A stretch of 64,000 nucleotides of DNA from Squalus acanthias (Eukaryota), in contig CM059432.1 of assembly GCA_030390025.1 (NCBI GenBank), forward strand, positions 88,042,001 through 88,106,000, written 5' to 3'. Of the stretch, positions 1 to 13,400 are shown one piece after another (position 1 is the stretch's first letter; each line of letters starts with the position of its first letter). The translations under genes and the position numbers were made by a program. Below the pieces are notes generated by a model, which had not been told where the DNA came from, made no database searches, and was given only the letters and a program-made list of their open reading frames with translations.

Positions 1-1354
1 TTCTCTGCTAGACTAGAGTGCTCGGATCAGAGCACTTCTTTGCACCTTTGAATCAGCCGGATCAGGATTCCTGGCAACCGGTGATCTCTGCCACATGTCC
101 AGTTCTGCACCCACAGGCATTTCTTTCTTGCTCCCAGAGCTCTTTTCTGTTACTCTGGGGTTGAAATTCATCTTTGGTGGTAGAGCAAAATTGGCGATAG
201 GAATCGGCAGCCCATTTTACACTCTGCTCGATACTCTTTTCCATTTACTTCTTGAAAAAGAATATTGGGCAGTGTAAACGGGCTGCCGATTCACTAATGC
301 CCATTTTGCGTTATCGCCCAAGACATATTTTAACCCCTCTATCACGTTGTGCCCCTGTCCAGTCCAAATTCTCAACCTCTGCTTCTTTAATGTATTCATT
401 CACTCTCTGTTGCACTTCTGGCCTCAACTCACTTCTCAGTACAGTCCAAGACTCTAGCCTGTTTTGTCTCAGTCCCAGGCCCTTGCCTACATGTTTGTCT
501 TGCTGTGACTGTGTATGAGTCTACTATGCCAGCTCATGCTTTGCTTTCTGCTCTTGGCCTTCATGTGTTTCTGGTTCCTAATCTCCTGCAGTCATGTTCT
601 GTCCCTCAGTTCCCTGAATTTCCTCCTGTATTTTCTTGGTTACGACTCCCTGAACTCACTTCTGCGCTTTATAATTACTAACTATTTCCCGTTAGCCTTT
701 GCTGCTTCTAATTTATGTTTTTATTTCCCACACCCAATTTTTCTGCACTAATGTTCCTGTTCTCAATGGCTTTTGTTTTGCTGCTTATCTTCGTTATCAT
801 TCTTTCTACCTCCCCTACTTTCCCATTCATGTCGCTGCCCCAGTGGCTGCTTAGAAGCACATGAGTTAATACTGAAGATCACTTTATAATGTATTGTTTT
901 ATTCATCCACCTATTTAGTACAATAAGGGGGTAAAAATAGTAAGATCACATATCCCTTTAAACAATGGCCTCACTGTGTCATGGCAATGAGAACTTCCAT
1001 GGTTGTTAGTGCATATCTGATATCTGCCACTTTTGCACACTGTGAAGCAATTTTCAGCAGTAATGTAAAAGTGGCACTATAACTGTGGAGTTAGGTCCCA
1101 ATGTGACTCTACCCGTACTCTTGAAGCATTCAAAATTTATGATCTGGGTGCCAAGTTCTGTGCATATGTATAAGTAAGCATGCACAGAGCTCTCTTATGC
1201 TCTGCTGGTTTGCTCAGAAAACAACTGATTATTTTATGTCAACATTTTTGATTGATTAGTAATGTTACATTTTTAGTTTAAGTAATTCTGCTAGAAAAAT
1301 CAGTATCATCCAGCAGTGTCTCCAAACTATTTTTTAAAACTTCTTTCTATGCAG

Positions 1355-1473
1355 ACGTGGGATATTGAACTGGAAAGGTCTTCGGAAGCTTGGGCTGCAG
1401 ACTGCCGATGGGAACATGGACCTGCTTACCTGCTACCTTCTATAGGGCAGAATCTGGGTGCACACTGGGGCAG
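1355..1473 (+). CDS. CRISPLD1: CRISPLD1 exon (CAP domain) [39 protein letters not shown](R)
   Basis: ttctatgcag| acceptor, |gtattg donor, 119 bp, phase 0->2. Confidence 0.93.
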
Positions 1474-4400
1474 GTATTGTATGCAATACCTGACTGAGAT
1501 AAATTAGATTGAGATATGTTAGTTTTTGTCTGCAAAGATTACTTTTTATTTTTAATTTTAAATCCACAGATACCGACCTCCTACCTTTCATGTTCAAGCA
1601 TGGTATGATGAAGTTAGAGATTACATGTATCCTTATCCTCAAGAATGTAACCCTTGGTGTCCCTTTAGATGTGTTGGTCCAGTATGCACCCATTATACTC
1701 AGGTATGCTTGAGTTTAAATAAAATCTTTAATGTGGTTGCTATTTTTTGTAAATGTTTTCAATGGTAAGTGGTTTTAATTGTAAAAAGAAATGCTTGAGA
1801 CTGGGTGGCACAGTATTTTAACATGCTGCCTCATTCACCTCTAAGACATAATTCAAAATCCAGCCCATGTAATGAAAGACTCCTCTTTCTGTTGTGTAAA
1901 ATAAACCTACATGAAATTAGTTTGGTCAGACTCAATTTGGGCTCACAACGCAAAACTGACACTAAATTGGCAATCACACTATGCTAGGCAGTGTGGGAAA
2001 TGGAAATACTGTATTGGTACAGGAGAGAGATGCTCTCCTGAGGCTGAGACTAAAGAAAGAAAGAAATAATTTAATTTATATAGCAATCTTCACATTCTCA
2101 GGACATCCCAAAGCACTCTACAGCCACTGAAGTACTTTTGAAGTGTAGTCGCTGTTGTAATGTAGGAAATGCGGCAGCCAAATTGCACACAGCAAGGTCC
2201 AACAAGCAACAATGTGATAATGACCAGATAATCTGCTTTTGTGATGTTGGTTGAGGGATAAATTTGTCCAGGATTCTGGGGAAAACTCCTCTGCTCTTCT
2301 TTGACTAGTTCCATGGGATCTTTTAGGTCCACCTGAGAGGGCAGATGGGACCTCGGTTTAACGTCTCATCTGAAAGACGGCACCTTCGATAGTGCAGCAC
2401 TCCCTCAGCACTGCACTGGAGTGTCAGCCTGGATTATGTGCTCAAGTCTCTGGAGTGGACTTGAACCCACAACCTTCTGATTCAGAAATGGGAGTGTTAC
2501 CAACTGAGACAATATTAACAGAGAGAAGAGGGAGCTTTATCTTGCATCTGACTGATATATCTGATCTGGTAATGCTTGATGCAAAGTGCCTAAAATAAAG
2601 AAACTGTTCCACTTCTAGTGCTTAGATCCATTATCTTGATGAATACACAGAAAAAGAAAAAAAAACTTCTGTTGTTTTCTCTGACATAAAGCAACATTAT
2701 TTTTCATATCTGTCATTAATTAATTAACGTTCACTTTAAGTTTCCTGCAAGCCACCAAAAGTGCTATAATAGAACTTTTTTACAGCCTCCTAAAACTTAA
2801 AAGGGTCAGTTTCCTCTCCTTTGTGGCTGAGGAACACTCACCTTCCAGGCGCAAAGCAGCTCCCTTTACATTGCTCAGAGATTTCCTGAGAATCCCCTGA
2901 GGGGGGGCAGAGCGATTACACACCAAGAAGGCACAGCGATACAAAAGAAGCAGGAGAAGGTGTAGCCATTCCTCCTGCCGCATTTTCCTCACCCAAAGCC
3001 CATTTTGCAGGCCACTCAGAAGTGGGCCTTGGGTCCTGCGCTAAGCCGCTCTCAGAATTGATCATCAAAGTCGGCACACTATAAGGAGATGGAGCCTGGA
3101 AAATGGTAAGTATCTTTTCTTTACAGGTACTGGACACCATCTTTGGGCCTGGAGGCCTTCTGGCTATTGTTTTTACTGAATAATTGTCAATAACTGTGAG
3201 ATCATGTGATCCAGTTATTATAGTTGGCTTGGTATGATTATGAATACTTCTTGTCAGTACCTCTGTTAATGTGAGGGTATTGCTGGATGCATTATGACTT
3301 TTTTAATATATTGTCTTCTAGGTAGTATGGGCAACAAGTAACAAAATTGGCTGTGCTATTAATTTATGCACAAACATGAACATCTGGGGCCAGGTGTGGC
3401 AAAAAGCCATCTACTTAGTTTGCAACTATTCTCCTAAGTGAGTAAAGCTAAAAGAACTAGTATAAGTAAATATGTATTCTGTTAGTATATTTGAGAGAAT
3501 TGGTGTAAAATTGTATATCTTTTTTAAGGTAGTATATTGTGTCTTTGATCAACTAAATACTAAATATACATTTATATACTGGCTATAGAATTTCCTGATA
3601 ATCGAATGTAAATTATTTTGCCAAAATTTTGTACAATTGATGTCACAATTATTAATCCTGCAATGTGAACATAATTACACGTCAAATATATGAGGCATAC
3701 AGATAGATAAGAGTTTGTACTGAAAACCACAGCCAGCACAGATATTGACTCCAAAACTAGATAAAACTATTCCAAAGAATTAAAACAGTGTAAATAATCA
3801 GTATCAGGGAGTGAGGTCCATGCTGTAAAAAAAGAAAGAAAGACTTGCATTTATGTAGCTCTTTTCACAACCTCAGGATGTCCCAAAGCGCTTTACAGCC
3901 AATTAAGTTCTTTTGAAGCATAATCACTGTTGGATATAGGAAATGCGGCAGCCAATTTGCACATAGCAAGCTCCCAGAAACACTCTCCTGCTCTTCTTCA
4001 AAATAGTGCCGTGGGATCTTTTACATCCACCTGAGAGGGCAGACGGGGCCTCGGTTTAATGTCTCATCCAGAAGACGGCACCTCCGACAGTGCAGGACTT
4101 CTTCAGTCCTGCACTGTAGTGTCAGCCTAGATTTCTGTGCGCAAGTTTCTGAAGTGGGACTTGAACCCACAACCTTCTGACTCAGAGGCGAGAGTGGTAC
4201 CCACTGAACCACGGCTGACACGATAATGTAATCTTGAGGTGCAGAGGACTGTTATAACTACGCAAATTTCATTTTCTGGGTTCTGATAATCATCTGATCC
4301 TTTCAATTACATTACTGTCTTGTAATTACTCCTTGATATTCTCATTATAACTACTTACAACAATTTAATTCAGGCTGCTACATATGAGTAACAGACGTCC

Positions 4401-7400
4401 CTGGAATTTGAATCTGTAACCTTTATCGATGACTATTTCCCCACTTGATTTGTTATTTGTAAAAATTGATTCTCATAACTGCACCAACTCACTCATTTTA
4501 TACCTCCAGTCAATGATTGGACTGAAAAAGAACTTTGAAGAATGAGTGAGAAAAATTGATTTATAGTTGTACATTTTAATAATCTCTAAGAATACGTTGT
4601 GTAATATATTCTATTCCTTCAGAAAATGTGACATTTTTCTATATGTATCTTATTTTCAGGGGGAACTGGTGGGGCCATGCTCCTTATAAACATGGGTCTC
4701 CCTGTTCTGCCTGTCCTCCTAGCTATGGGGGAGGCTGTAGAGATAATCTGTGTTACAAAGGTATGTGCTATTTAGCTTTCTTTGCAAAATAAATCTATGA
4801 ATATTGTTTATAAACTATGACATAAATAACCCTTTACACCTATGCTACACCAGAGTGTGTGGATATCCTAAACACTGACCTTATTGTAAACTCTGGTCCT
4901 GAATGCATATTCAACTGTTCTATTTACATTTGTGTTTGACATGCGAGTGGAATGTGGATTAAAATATCACAAATGTATGGGAAAAATTTTGAGTCTTGTG
5001 GGTTTAGGCAGATGCACCAGGAATGGCATGAATCTGTAAAAATAATGGATCATCGGAGTATGGAATGCTTTGCCACAGATAGTTTGTTGAGGTAGAGACT
5101 TTTGCACCTTTTAGAATCATAGAGTGATAGAGTCATAACGGCACAGAAGGAGGCCAGTCGGCCCATCGAGTCCGTGCCGGCTCTCTGTAGAGCAATCCAG
5201 TCAGTCCCATTCCCCCACTCTATCCTCGTAGCCCTGCAAGTGTATTTCCCTCAAGTGCCTATCCAGTCTCCCCTTGAAAACATTGGGTGTCTCCACTTCC
5301 ACCACTTCCGTTGGCAGTGAATTCCAGGTCATCACCACTTGCTGCGTAAAAAAGTTTCCCCTCACTTCCCCCCTGTATCTCTTGCCCAAAACCTTAAATT
5401 TGTGTCCCCTAGTCCTTGTATCATCAACTAGTGGGAACAGCCTTTCCCCGTCTAGCCTATCCAAACCCGTCATAATCTTGTACACCTCTATCAAATCACC
5501 CCTCAACCTCCTTTGCTCTAATGAAAACAAATCCAGCTTCTCCAACCTGTCCTTGTAGCTAAAATCCCCCATCCCCGGAACCATTCTGGTAAATCTGCTC
5601 TGCACCCTCTCAAGGGCCTTCACATCCATCCTAAAGTGTGGTGACCAGAACTGGACGCAATACTCCAGTTGTGGCCTAACCAGCGCTTTATAAAGGTTCA
5701 GCATAACTTCTCTACTTTTGTACTCAATACCTCTATTTATGAAGCCCAAGATCCCAGATGCTTTGTTAACCATCCTCTCAATATGTCCTGCCACCTTCAG
5801 GGACCTATGCACATTAACTCCCAGGTCCCTCTGTCCCTGCACACTCTTTAAAACTGTGCCATTAAGTGTATATTGCCTCTCTTCCTTCTGCCAAAATGCA
5901 TCACCTCACACTTCTCTGTATTAAATTCCATTTGCCACTTGTCTGCCCATTCTGCTAGCCTTTCAATGTCTTGTTGCAGTCGATTGGCATCATCATCACT
6001 GTTTGCCACACCCCCAAGTTTGGTGTCATTGGCAAGTTTAAGGGCAAGTTGGATAAATATTTGAAACAAAGCTAAATATAGGGCTGTGGGGAAAGCGTAG
6101 GGCAGTGGAATTAGTTATGGATTGCTTTAGTAAAGAGCCGGCACCGACACAATAGACTACATGGCCTCCTTTGGGGAACTTTAAACTTCCATGGATTGCC
6201 TCTTAGGCTTGCATGTAGGCCTTTTTTATATGATACCTAGGGGTAGAATTGGTATGTGTTGCACCTGTTTTTCGGGTGTAATGTGTTTTTCTGAGTGTGA
6301 GGAATTCCTGGCATTTCAGGATTGCTAAGGATACATTGGGGAGATTTAAAATTTAAGGGTCTCATAGCACTTCAGAAACCAGTAAATTTAAAAAATAAAT
6401 TTAAGCTTCAACCAGCACCAACACCACACTATGCTGTGGCAAATATACCAGCAATTTCTCTACCTCAGCCTGAGGTAGAGAATACTGCTGGGAGCCTACC
6501 ATAAATATGATGATGATCTATTGGAGTCAGGGTGGAATGAGACAGGTGGGTGTCATGCCTGCCCTACCACCGATCAGGCTGAATTACCGACAGATTGAAA
6601 AATACAGGTCTTTCGTTTTATACATTGAATTAACAAGTACAAATTGTTTTAAGTGTATTGGGCAATTATTGTGAGGTTCCACACAACCAGTGAGGATCAA
6701 CCACTGCATGGAATTTTTCTGTTTATTCATTTATGGGATGTGGGCATCGCTGACAAGGCCAACATTTATTGCCCATCCCTAATTGCCCTCGAGAAGGTGG
6801 TGGTGAGCTGCCTTCTTGAACTGCTGTAGTCTGTAAGTTGAAGGTACTCCCACAGTGCTGTTAGGGAGGTAGTTCCAGGATTTTGACCCAGAGACGATGA
6901 AGGAACGGTGATATATTTCCAAGTCAGGATGGTGCGTAACTTGGAGTAGAATTTGGAGGTGGTGGTGTTCCCATGCGCTTTCTGCCCTTGTCCTTCTAGG
7001 TGGTAGAAGTCGTGTGTTTGGGAGGTGCTGTCGAAGAAGCCTTGGCGAGTTGCTACAGAGCATCTTGTAGATGGTACACACTGCAGCCACAGTGCGCTGG
7101 CGGTGAAGGAATTGAATGCTTAAGGTGGTGGATGGGGTGCCAATCAAGCAGGCTGCTTTGTCGATGGTGTCGAGCTTCTTGAGTGTTGTTGGGGCTGCAC
7201 TCATCCAGGCAAGTGGAGAGTATTACATCACTCTCCTGACTTGTGCCTTGTAGAGGGTGGAAAGGCTTTGAGGAGTCAGGAGCAATGTTCCCTGTAATTT
7301 TTTCTCATGCGTGGTCCCTTTAACTGGCTGCGTGGCCATTTCAAATTTTTGTGCATGTGCGGTTTCTCCATGTGAAAGCCGGTGAGCAGCCTGTGCAGGA

Positions 7401-10400
7401 CCTCCAGACTGCTGCGGGTGCGCAGCCACACAGCTTAGCTGGAATGTTGGTCACTCGCTGCAGAATACCCAGCCTCTGACCTGCTCTATAGCCACAGTAC
7501 TTATGTGGCTGGTCCAGTTAAGTTTCTGGTCAATGGTGACCCTTAGGATGTTGATGGTGGAGGATTTGGCGATGGTAATGCCATTGAATGTCAAGGGGCG
7601 GTGATTAGATTCTTGCTTGTTAGAGATAGTCATAGCCTGGCACTTGTGTGGGCAAATGTTACCTGCCACTTATCAGCCCAAGCCTGAACGTCGTTCAGGT
7701 CTTGTTGCATGCGGGCATGGACTGCTTCATTATCTGAGGAGTATTTATGTGGCTGGTCCAGTTAAGTTTCTGGTCAATGGTGACTCCCAGGATGCTGATG
7801 GTAGGGTATTCGGCGATGGTAATCCCGATGAATGTCAAGTGGAGGTGGCTAGACTCCCTCTTGTTGAAGATGGTCATTGCCTGGCACTTCTAATAAATTC
7901 AGATTTCCTCTGCAGTGGGCGGTTTCCAGTTTCAGTGAGTCATCTGGAGACCTTTTACTTCTGGCTTATCTTCCTCTCCTAACTTCAGCTAACACCTTAC
8001 GCATACATATACTGTTATGCTGTATTTCTTTAAACTGTCACGATCATTGTCAGACTACCATCTAAGCTGAGTTATGAGCAGATTCTAACACTACTGTTTA
8101 CAGACATCTTTCTCCTCCAAAATTTGTCTTGCTTTTAGTTTTAAACTAACTTCTAAAATCTGGGGAAAACCTTCCCTTTTTAATTTATCAAGATTAGAAA
8201 CATTATTAGGGTAATCTAATCCATTAAAGCATTCATTCAAACTATTCATGCACCAGTCAACTTCAGCTCATAGCATTGTCCGCATCAATAGGGTACATTT
8301 TGTGAGGCCCAATGTCACCTGTGGTGTCTTGGATGCTGTCAGTACATATCAAAAAATCACAGTTGTGCTGCCTGCAGTTTCCCATCCACTGAAATAAATA
8401 ATGTGGCCTTGCCAAATTTACCTTAATAATGTTAGTGCCAAGGGTGCACAATGAATGGCTGTTATCTGATGAATTCTTCTTGTTCATCAGGGTTTTTCCA
8501 GTTTCAGTAGTTGAAGAAGTTTTTAAAACCTTGTCAGCAAAGTATTTGTAGCGGAATTAACCCGACAGTGGCAGGTTGGCAACAGCTTTGCTACAACCAA
8601 TAATTAGGTTGGGTTGCTGACTTAACGTTTTGTACGATGTGTGAGATTTCTCATGCTAATTTCTATGCGGAAGTATACATCAAGTGAAATAAAAACAGAA
8701 AAAGCTGGAAATACGCAGTAGGTCAGGCAGCATCTATGGAGAGAGAAACAGAGTTAACGTTTCAGGTCGATGACCTTTCATCAGAACTGAAAATGTTACA
8801 GATGTAACAGGTTTTAAGTAAGTGCTGAGGCAGGGAAAGGAGGGATGGGATGAAAGAACAAAAGGGAAGGTCTGTGATAGGGTGGAAGGCAGGAGTGATT
8901 AAATGACAAAAGGGATGATGGTACAAGACAAAAGGAGATGGTAATGGGACAAGTAAAGAAACAAAAGATGAGTCTAGAAGAGGTGTAAATGGGAATGGCA
9001 GAATCATCAACAGCTGCCGTCCGAAAAAATGGGTGAGAGGTTATGGTCTGAAATTGTTCAACTCAATGTTGAGTCCGGAAGGCTGTGCCTAATCGAAAGA
9101 GGAGGTGCTGTTCCTTGAGCTTGCGTTGAGCTTCATTGGAACAGTGTATGAGGCTGAGGACAGAGAAGTCAGAGTGGGAGTGGAGCGGAGAATTAAAGTG
9201 ACAGGCGACCGGAAGCTCAGGGTCACGCTTGCGGACTGAATGGGGGTGTTTTACAAAGCGGTCACCCAATCTGCGCTTGGTCTCTCCAATGTAGAGGAGA
9301 CCGCATCGTGAGCAGCGAATACAGTATACTAAATTGAAATAAGTACAAGTAAATCGCTGTTTCACCTGGAAGGAGTGTTTGGGGCCCTGGACGGTGGGAA
9401 GGGAGGAGGTAAAAGGGCAGGTGTTGTATCTCTTGTGCTTGCATCAGCAGGTGCCGTGGGAAGGGGAGGGGGTGTTGGGGGTGATTGAGGAGTGGACGCA
9501 GAGGGAACGGTCCCTTCGGAATGCTGAAAGGGGAGGGGAAGATGTGTTTGGTGGTGGGATTACACTGGAGGTGATGGAAATGGCGGAGGATGATCTGTTG
9601 AATGTGGAGGCTGGTGGGGTGGAAGGTGAGGACAAGGGGAACCCTATCATGGTTCTGGGAGGGAGGGGAAGGGGTGAGAGCAGAAGTGCGGGAAATGGAA
9701 CAAACACGGTCGAGGGCACTGTCAACCACGGTGGAGGGGAATCCTTGGTTGAGGAAAAAGGAAGACATATCGGAAGCACTGGTATTGAAGGTGGCATCGT
9801 CAGAACAGATGCGACAGAGACGGAGAAATTGGGAGAATGGAATAGGGTCCTTACAGGAAGCGGGGTGGGAGGAAGTGTAGTCAAAGCAACTGTGGGAGTC
9901 AGTGGGCTTATAGTGGATATTGGTTGATAGCCTATCCCCAGAAATGGAGACAGAGAAGTCGTGGAAGGGAAGAGAAGAGTCAGAGATGGACCATGTAAAG
10001 GCAAGGGAAGGGTGGAAATTGGAAGCAAAGTTGATGAAATTTTCCAGTATGAAGCGAGAGCAGGAAACAGCAACAACACAATCATCAATTTACCAGAAAA
10101 AAAGGTGAGGGAGGAGACCTGAGTAGGACTGGAGCAAAGAATGTTCCACATATACTATGAAAAGGCGGACATAGCTAGGACCCATGCGGGTTCCCATAGC
10201 AACACCTTTTATGTGGAGGAAGTGATTGGAGTCAAAGGAGACGTTGATCAATATGAGAACAAGTTAAGTCATGCGGAGGAGGGTGGTGGTGGATGGGAAC
10301 TGGTTGGGGCTCTATTCAAAGAAGAAGCGGAGCGCCCTCAGGCCGTCCTGGTGTAGAGGGGATGGAGGTGGAGAGGGATTTGATGTCCATGGTGAAAAGG

Positions 10401-13400
10401 AGATGGTTAGGGCCAGGAAACTGGAAACTGTTAAAGTGATGGAGGGCGTCGGAAGAGTTGCGGATGTAGGTAGGAAGAGACTGGACAAGGGGAGAAAACA
10501 TAGATTCGAAATAGGAAGAAATCAGTTCCATGGGGCAAGAACAGGCTGAAACGATGGGCCTACCAGGGTAGTCCTGTTTGTGGATCTTGGGAAGGAGGTA
10601 GAAGCAGGCTGTGCGGGATTGGGGGACCATGAGGTTGGAGGCCATGGAGGGACGATCTCCAGAGGAGATGAGGTCAGTGACAGTCTTCGAAACAATGGCT
10701 TGATGTTCGGTAGTGGGGTCATGGTCCAGGGGGAGGTAGGATGAGGTGTCGGAGAGTTGACGTCCAGCCTCTGCAAGGTAGAGGTCGGTTTGCCAAACAA
10801 CAACTGCAGGTTTGATGACAATGTTTGGGTTGGATCTGAGAGAACGGAGTGCTGCAAGTCCAGACGGAGGTAGGTTGGAGTGAGTGAGGGGAATAGAGCA
10901 ATTGAGACAGCTGATATCATGCCTGCAGTTCCCAATGAAAAGATCTAGAGAGGGTAAGAGGCCAGAGGGATGGTTCCAGGACGGGAGAAAGGGTCCGCTG
11001 TGCGGGTGGAAGACTCCTGGTCAAAGAAGTGGGTGCCGAGGCGAAGGTGATGGAATAAGAGCTTAGCGTCATGCCGAGCTCGAAATTCATTGAGGTGGGG
11101 GCGTAAGGAGGTGAATCTCAAGCCTTTGCTGAGGACTGATCATTTGGGTCAGAGAGGGGAAGGTCAGAGGGGATAGTGGAAACATGGCAGGGGGAGAAAT
11201 TGGAAGAAGGGATGGGGTCAGAGGAAAGTGAAGGGGAAGAAGGTTCAGAGAGGTGTTGGTATCCAAGAGTTGTTGAAGCTTGCAATTCTTGACACCTGAA
11301 AGGAAGGAAAAAAGTTTTTTGTGAATGTAGTTAGGAATCACAATAATAATAGCAAACTAAAGTAAACTTAACTGTGCAAAAATTGGGTATGCCCCCTTTG
11401 GAGCGCTAACTTCGCCGGGCCTGAAAAAGTTAGCGCCCCTGCACCCGAAATTCGATGGTAGCACCCCAAACAGGAGGCGGGGTGCTACTGGAAGCGCTCC
11501 CCCTCCCTCTTGGGGTCTCCAGCCCAATATCGCGGTGCTACATGCTGCAGCGCCACACACACATCATGCATGTGTGTGCCAGATTTCCAGGGAGCTGCCA
11601 TGACTCATTCATCCTGCGCCAGTCCACCCTCCCTTAGCTCTTCGCACCTCCGACCAGACTTACTGGCTGGCTGCTTGGAGACGAGGGGTATCCACTGAAG
11701 ATGTGGCTGATGACACCCTTGAGGAGGCCAAGCAATGAGGCTGAAGAGTGCGACAATCAAAGCCAGATGATGACGAGATGTGTAATAGAGCAAGCAGTCA
11801 GGATGTTGAAGATGCGCTTCAGATGCCTGGACAGATCTGGAGGAGCCCTTCAATACGTACCAGCCAGGGTCTCCAGAATGATCATCGTATGCTGCGCTCT
11901 GCACAACAGAGTGCAGCAGCGAGGATTGGAGTTGCAGGAGGAGCAAAGCGCAGAACTCAGAGCCTCTTCGGAGGAGGAGGAGGAGGAGGAACCTGAAGTG
12001 GACATGGCACCAGCAGTGGCGCATATTGCTGCTCGGGAGGCCCGGGATGGCCAGATTTAGTTAATTTGCACCAGTGCACCCATCTGGCACCCAGATGCTG
12101 AACCAACTCCCCCCCCCCACCCCCCCAACCAACACCACAAAGCAGTCCTAAAATGCCCAAACCATTTCTGTCACACACACACACATTGCTCGAAGTTAAG
12201 TAATGTCTTACCATTCATGCCAACTGACAAGGCCATTTTCCAAGTAGCAGGCAAAAATTTTAACCCAACAGCCTAAGTGGGAAGCTGTAGTGGCTTTCTG
12301 GCCAGGTGCAGACAGCAGGGAAGAAGATCAGGGCCAGAAGAGGCGCAAACAGGTAAGTTTCTTTACTTTACTTGTTGGGCCAGGAGGAGCTGGAGTGCTC
12401 CTCTGAGACACAAGGAAAGCTCAGGGTTAGGCCTCCCCTGCCACGGCCCTGCCCCCTCCCCCTCCCCTTCCTGATTGTGAGACCCCTGTGAGACAGCCCT
12501 GGCAGCTGATCCTGTCATCTACCAGGTGACGGTGAGGGGCTTTGTGATTTTCCAACGAGAATCCCCCCCTCCACTCCCTGGAACGGATGGGAATTTGGCC
12601 AGCGAGAATTAAAAGAGGCCTAGACATTAATCTCAAATGGGTGTCATTCTGCCGTGGGTGGCGGGAAATTAATCAGCCAGTGCAGTTTCCTGCCAGATCC
12701 AGACCTCAGCCTTTATTTTTTTTCATTTTACTTTTCTTTCCTGTATTTTACCCATGCTACTCACCAGATAAGGATGGCCCGGAGACCAATTCCTAAGCCT
12801 TTGTTAATGCTGCTCCTACTTGGTCTGCAGGTTTCCCTGTTTTTATAGGGAAGAAATACTCTGTGCTAGACTGACAGCATCCACAGCAACATGGTTGAAA
12901 TAAACTCATGATTTGGAGAATCACTTATGCAAACCCAGATCCTACATTCTGTAGCAGAGTATTCGAACTCCAGTGTGTCACTATCCTAGTGTATATGTGC
13001 ATTCGTCTCTAAAGAAGAGAAAACATTTTGTGTAGCACCTTATTGTATTGCTCAGGAAAGTTTCAATTTTTTTTTAATTCTCAAAAGACCAGCATTTATT
13101 GCCCCTCCCTAGTTGCCCTTGAGAAGGTGGTGGTGAGCCGCCTTCTTGAACCACTGCAGTCCGTGTGGTGAAGGTACTCCCACAGTGCTGTTAGGGAGGG
13201 AGTTCCAGGATTTTGACCCAACGACAATAAAGGATCGGCGATATACTTCTAAGTCAGGATGGTGTGTGATGGTACAATGAATTACTTTGAAGTACAGTGA
13301 TTGTTATATCGGTAAACACAGGAGACATTTTGCACACAGCAAATTTCCACAAACTGCAGTGAGATGAATGATCAGTTTTTGATGGTGTTGATTGAGGCAC

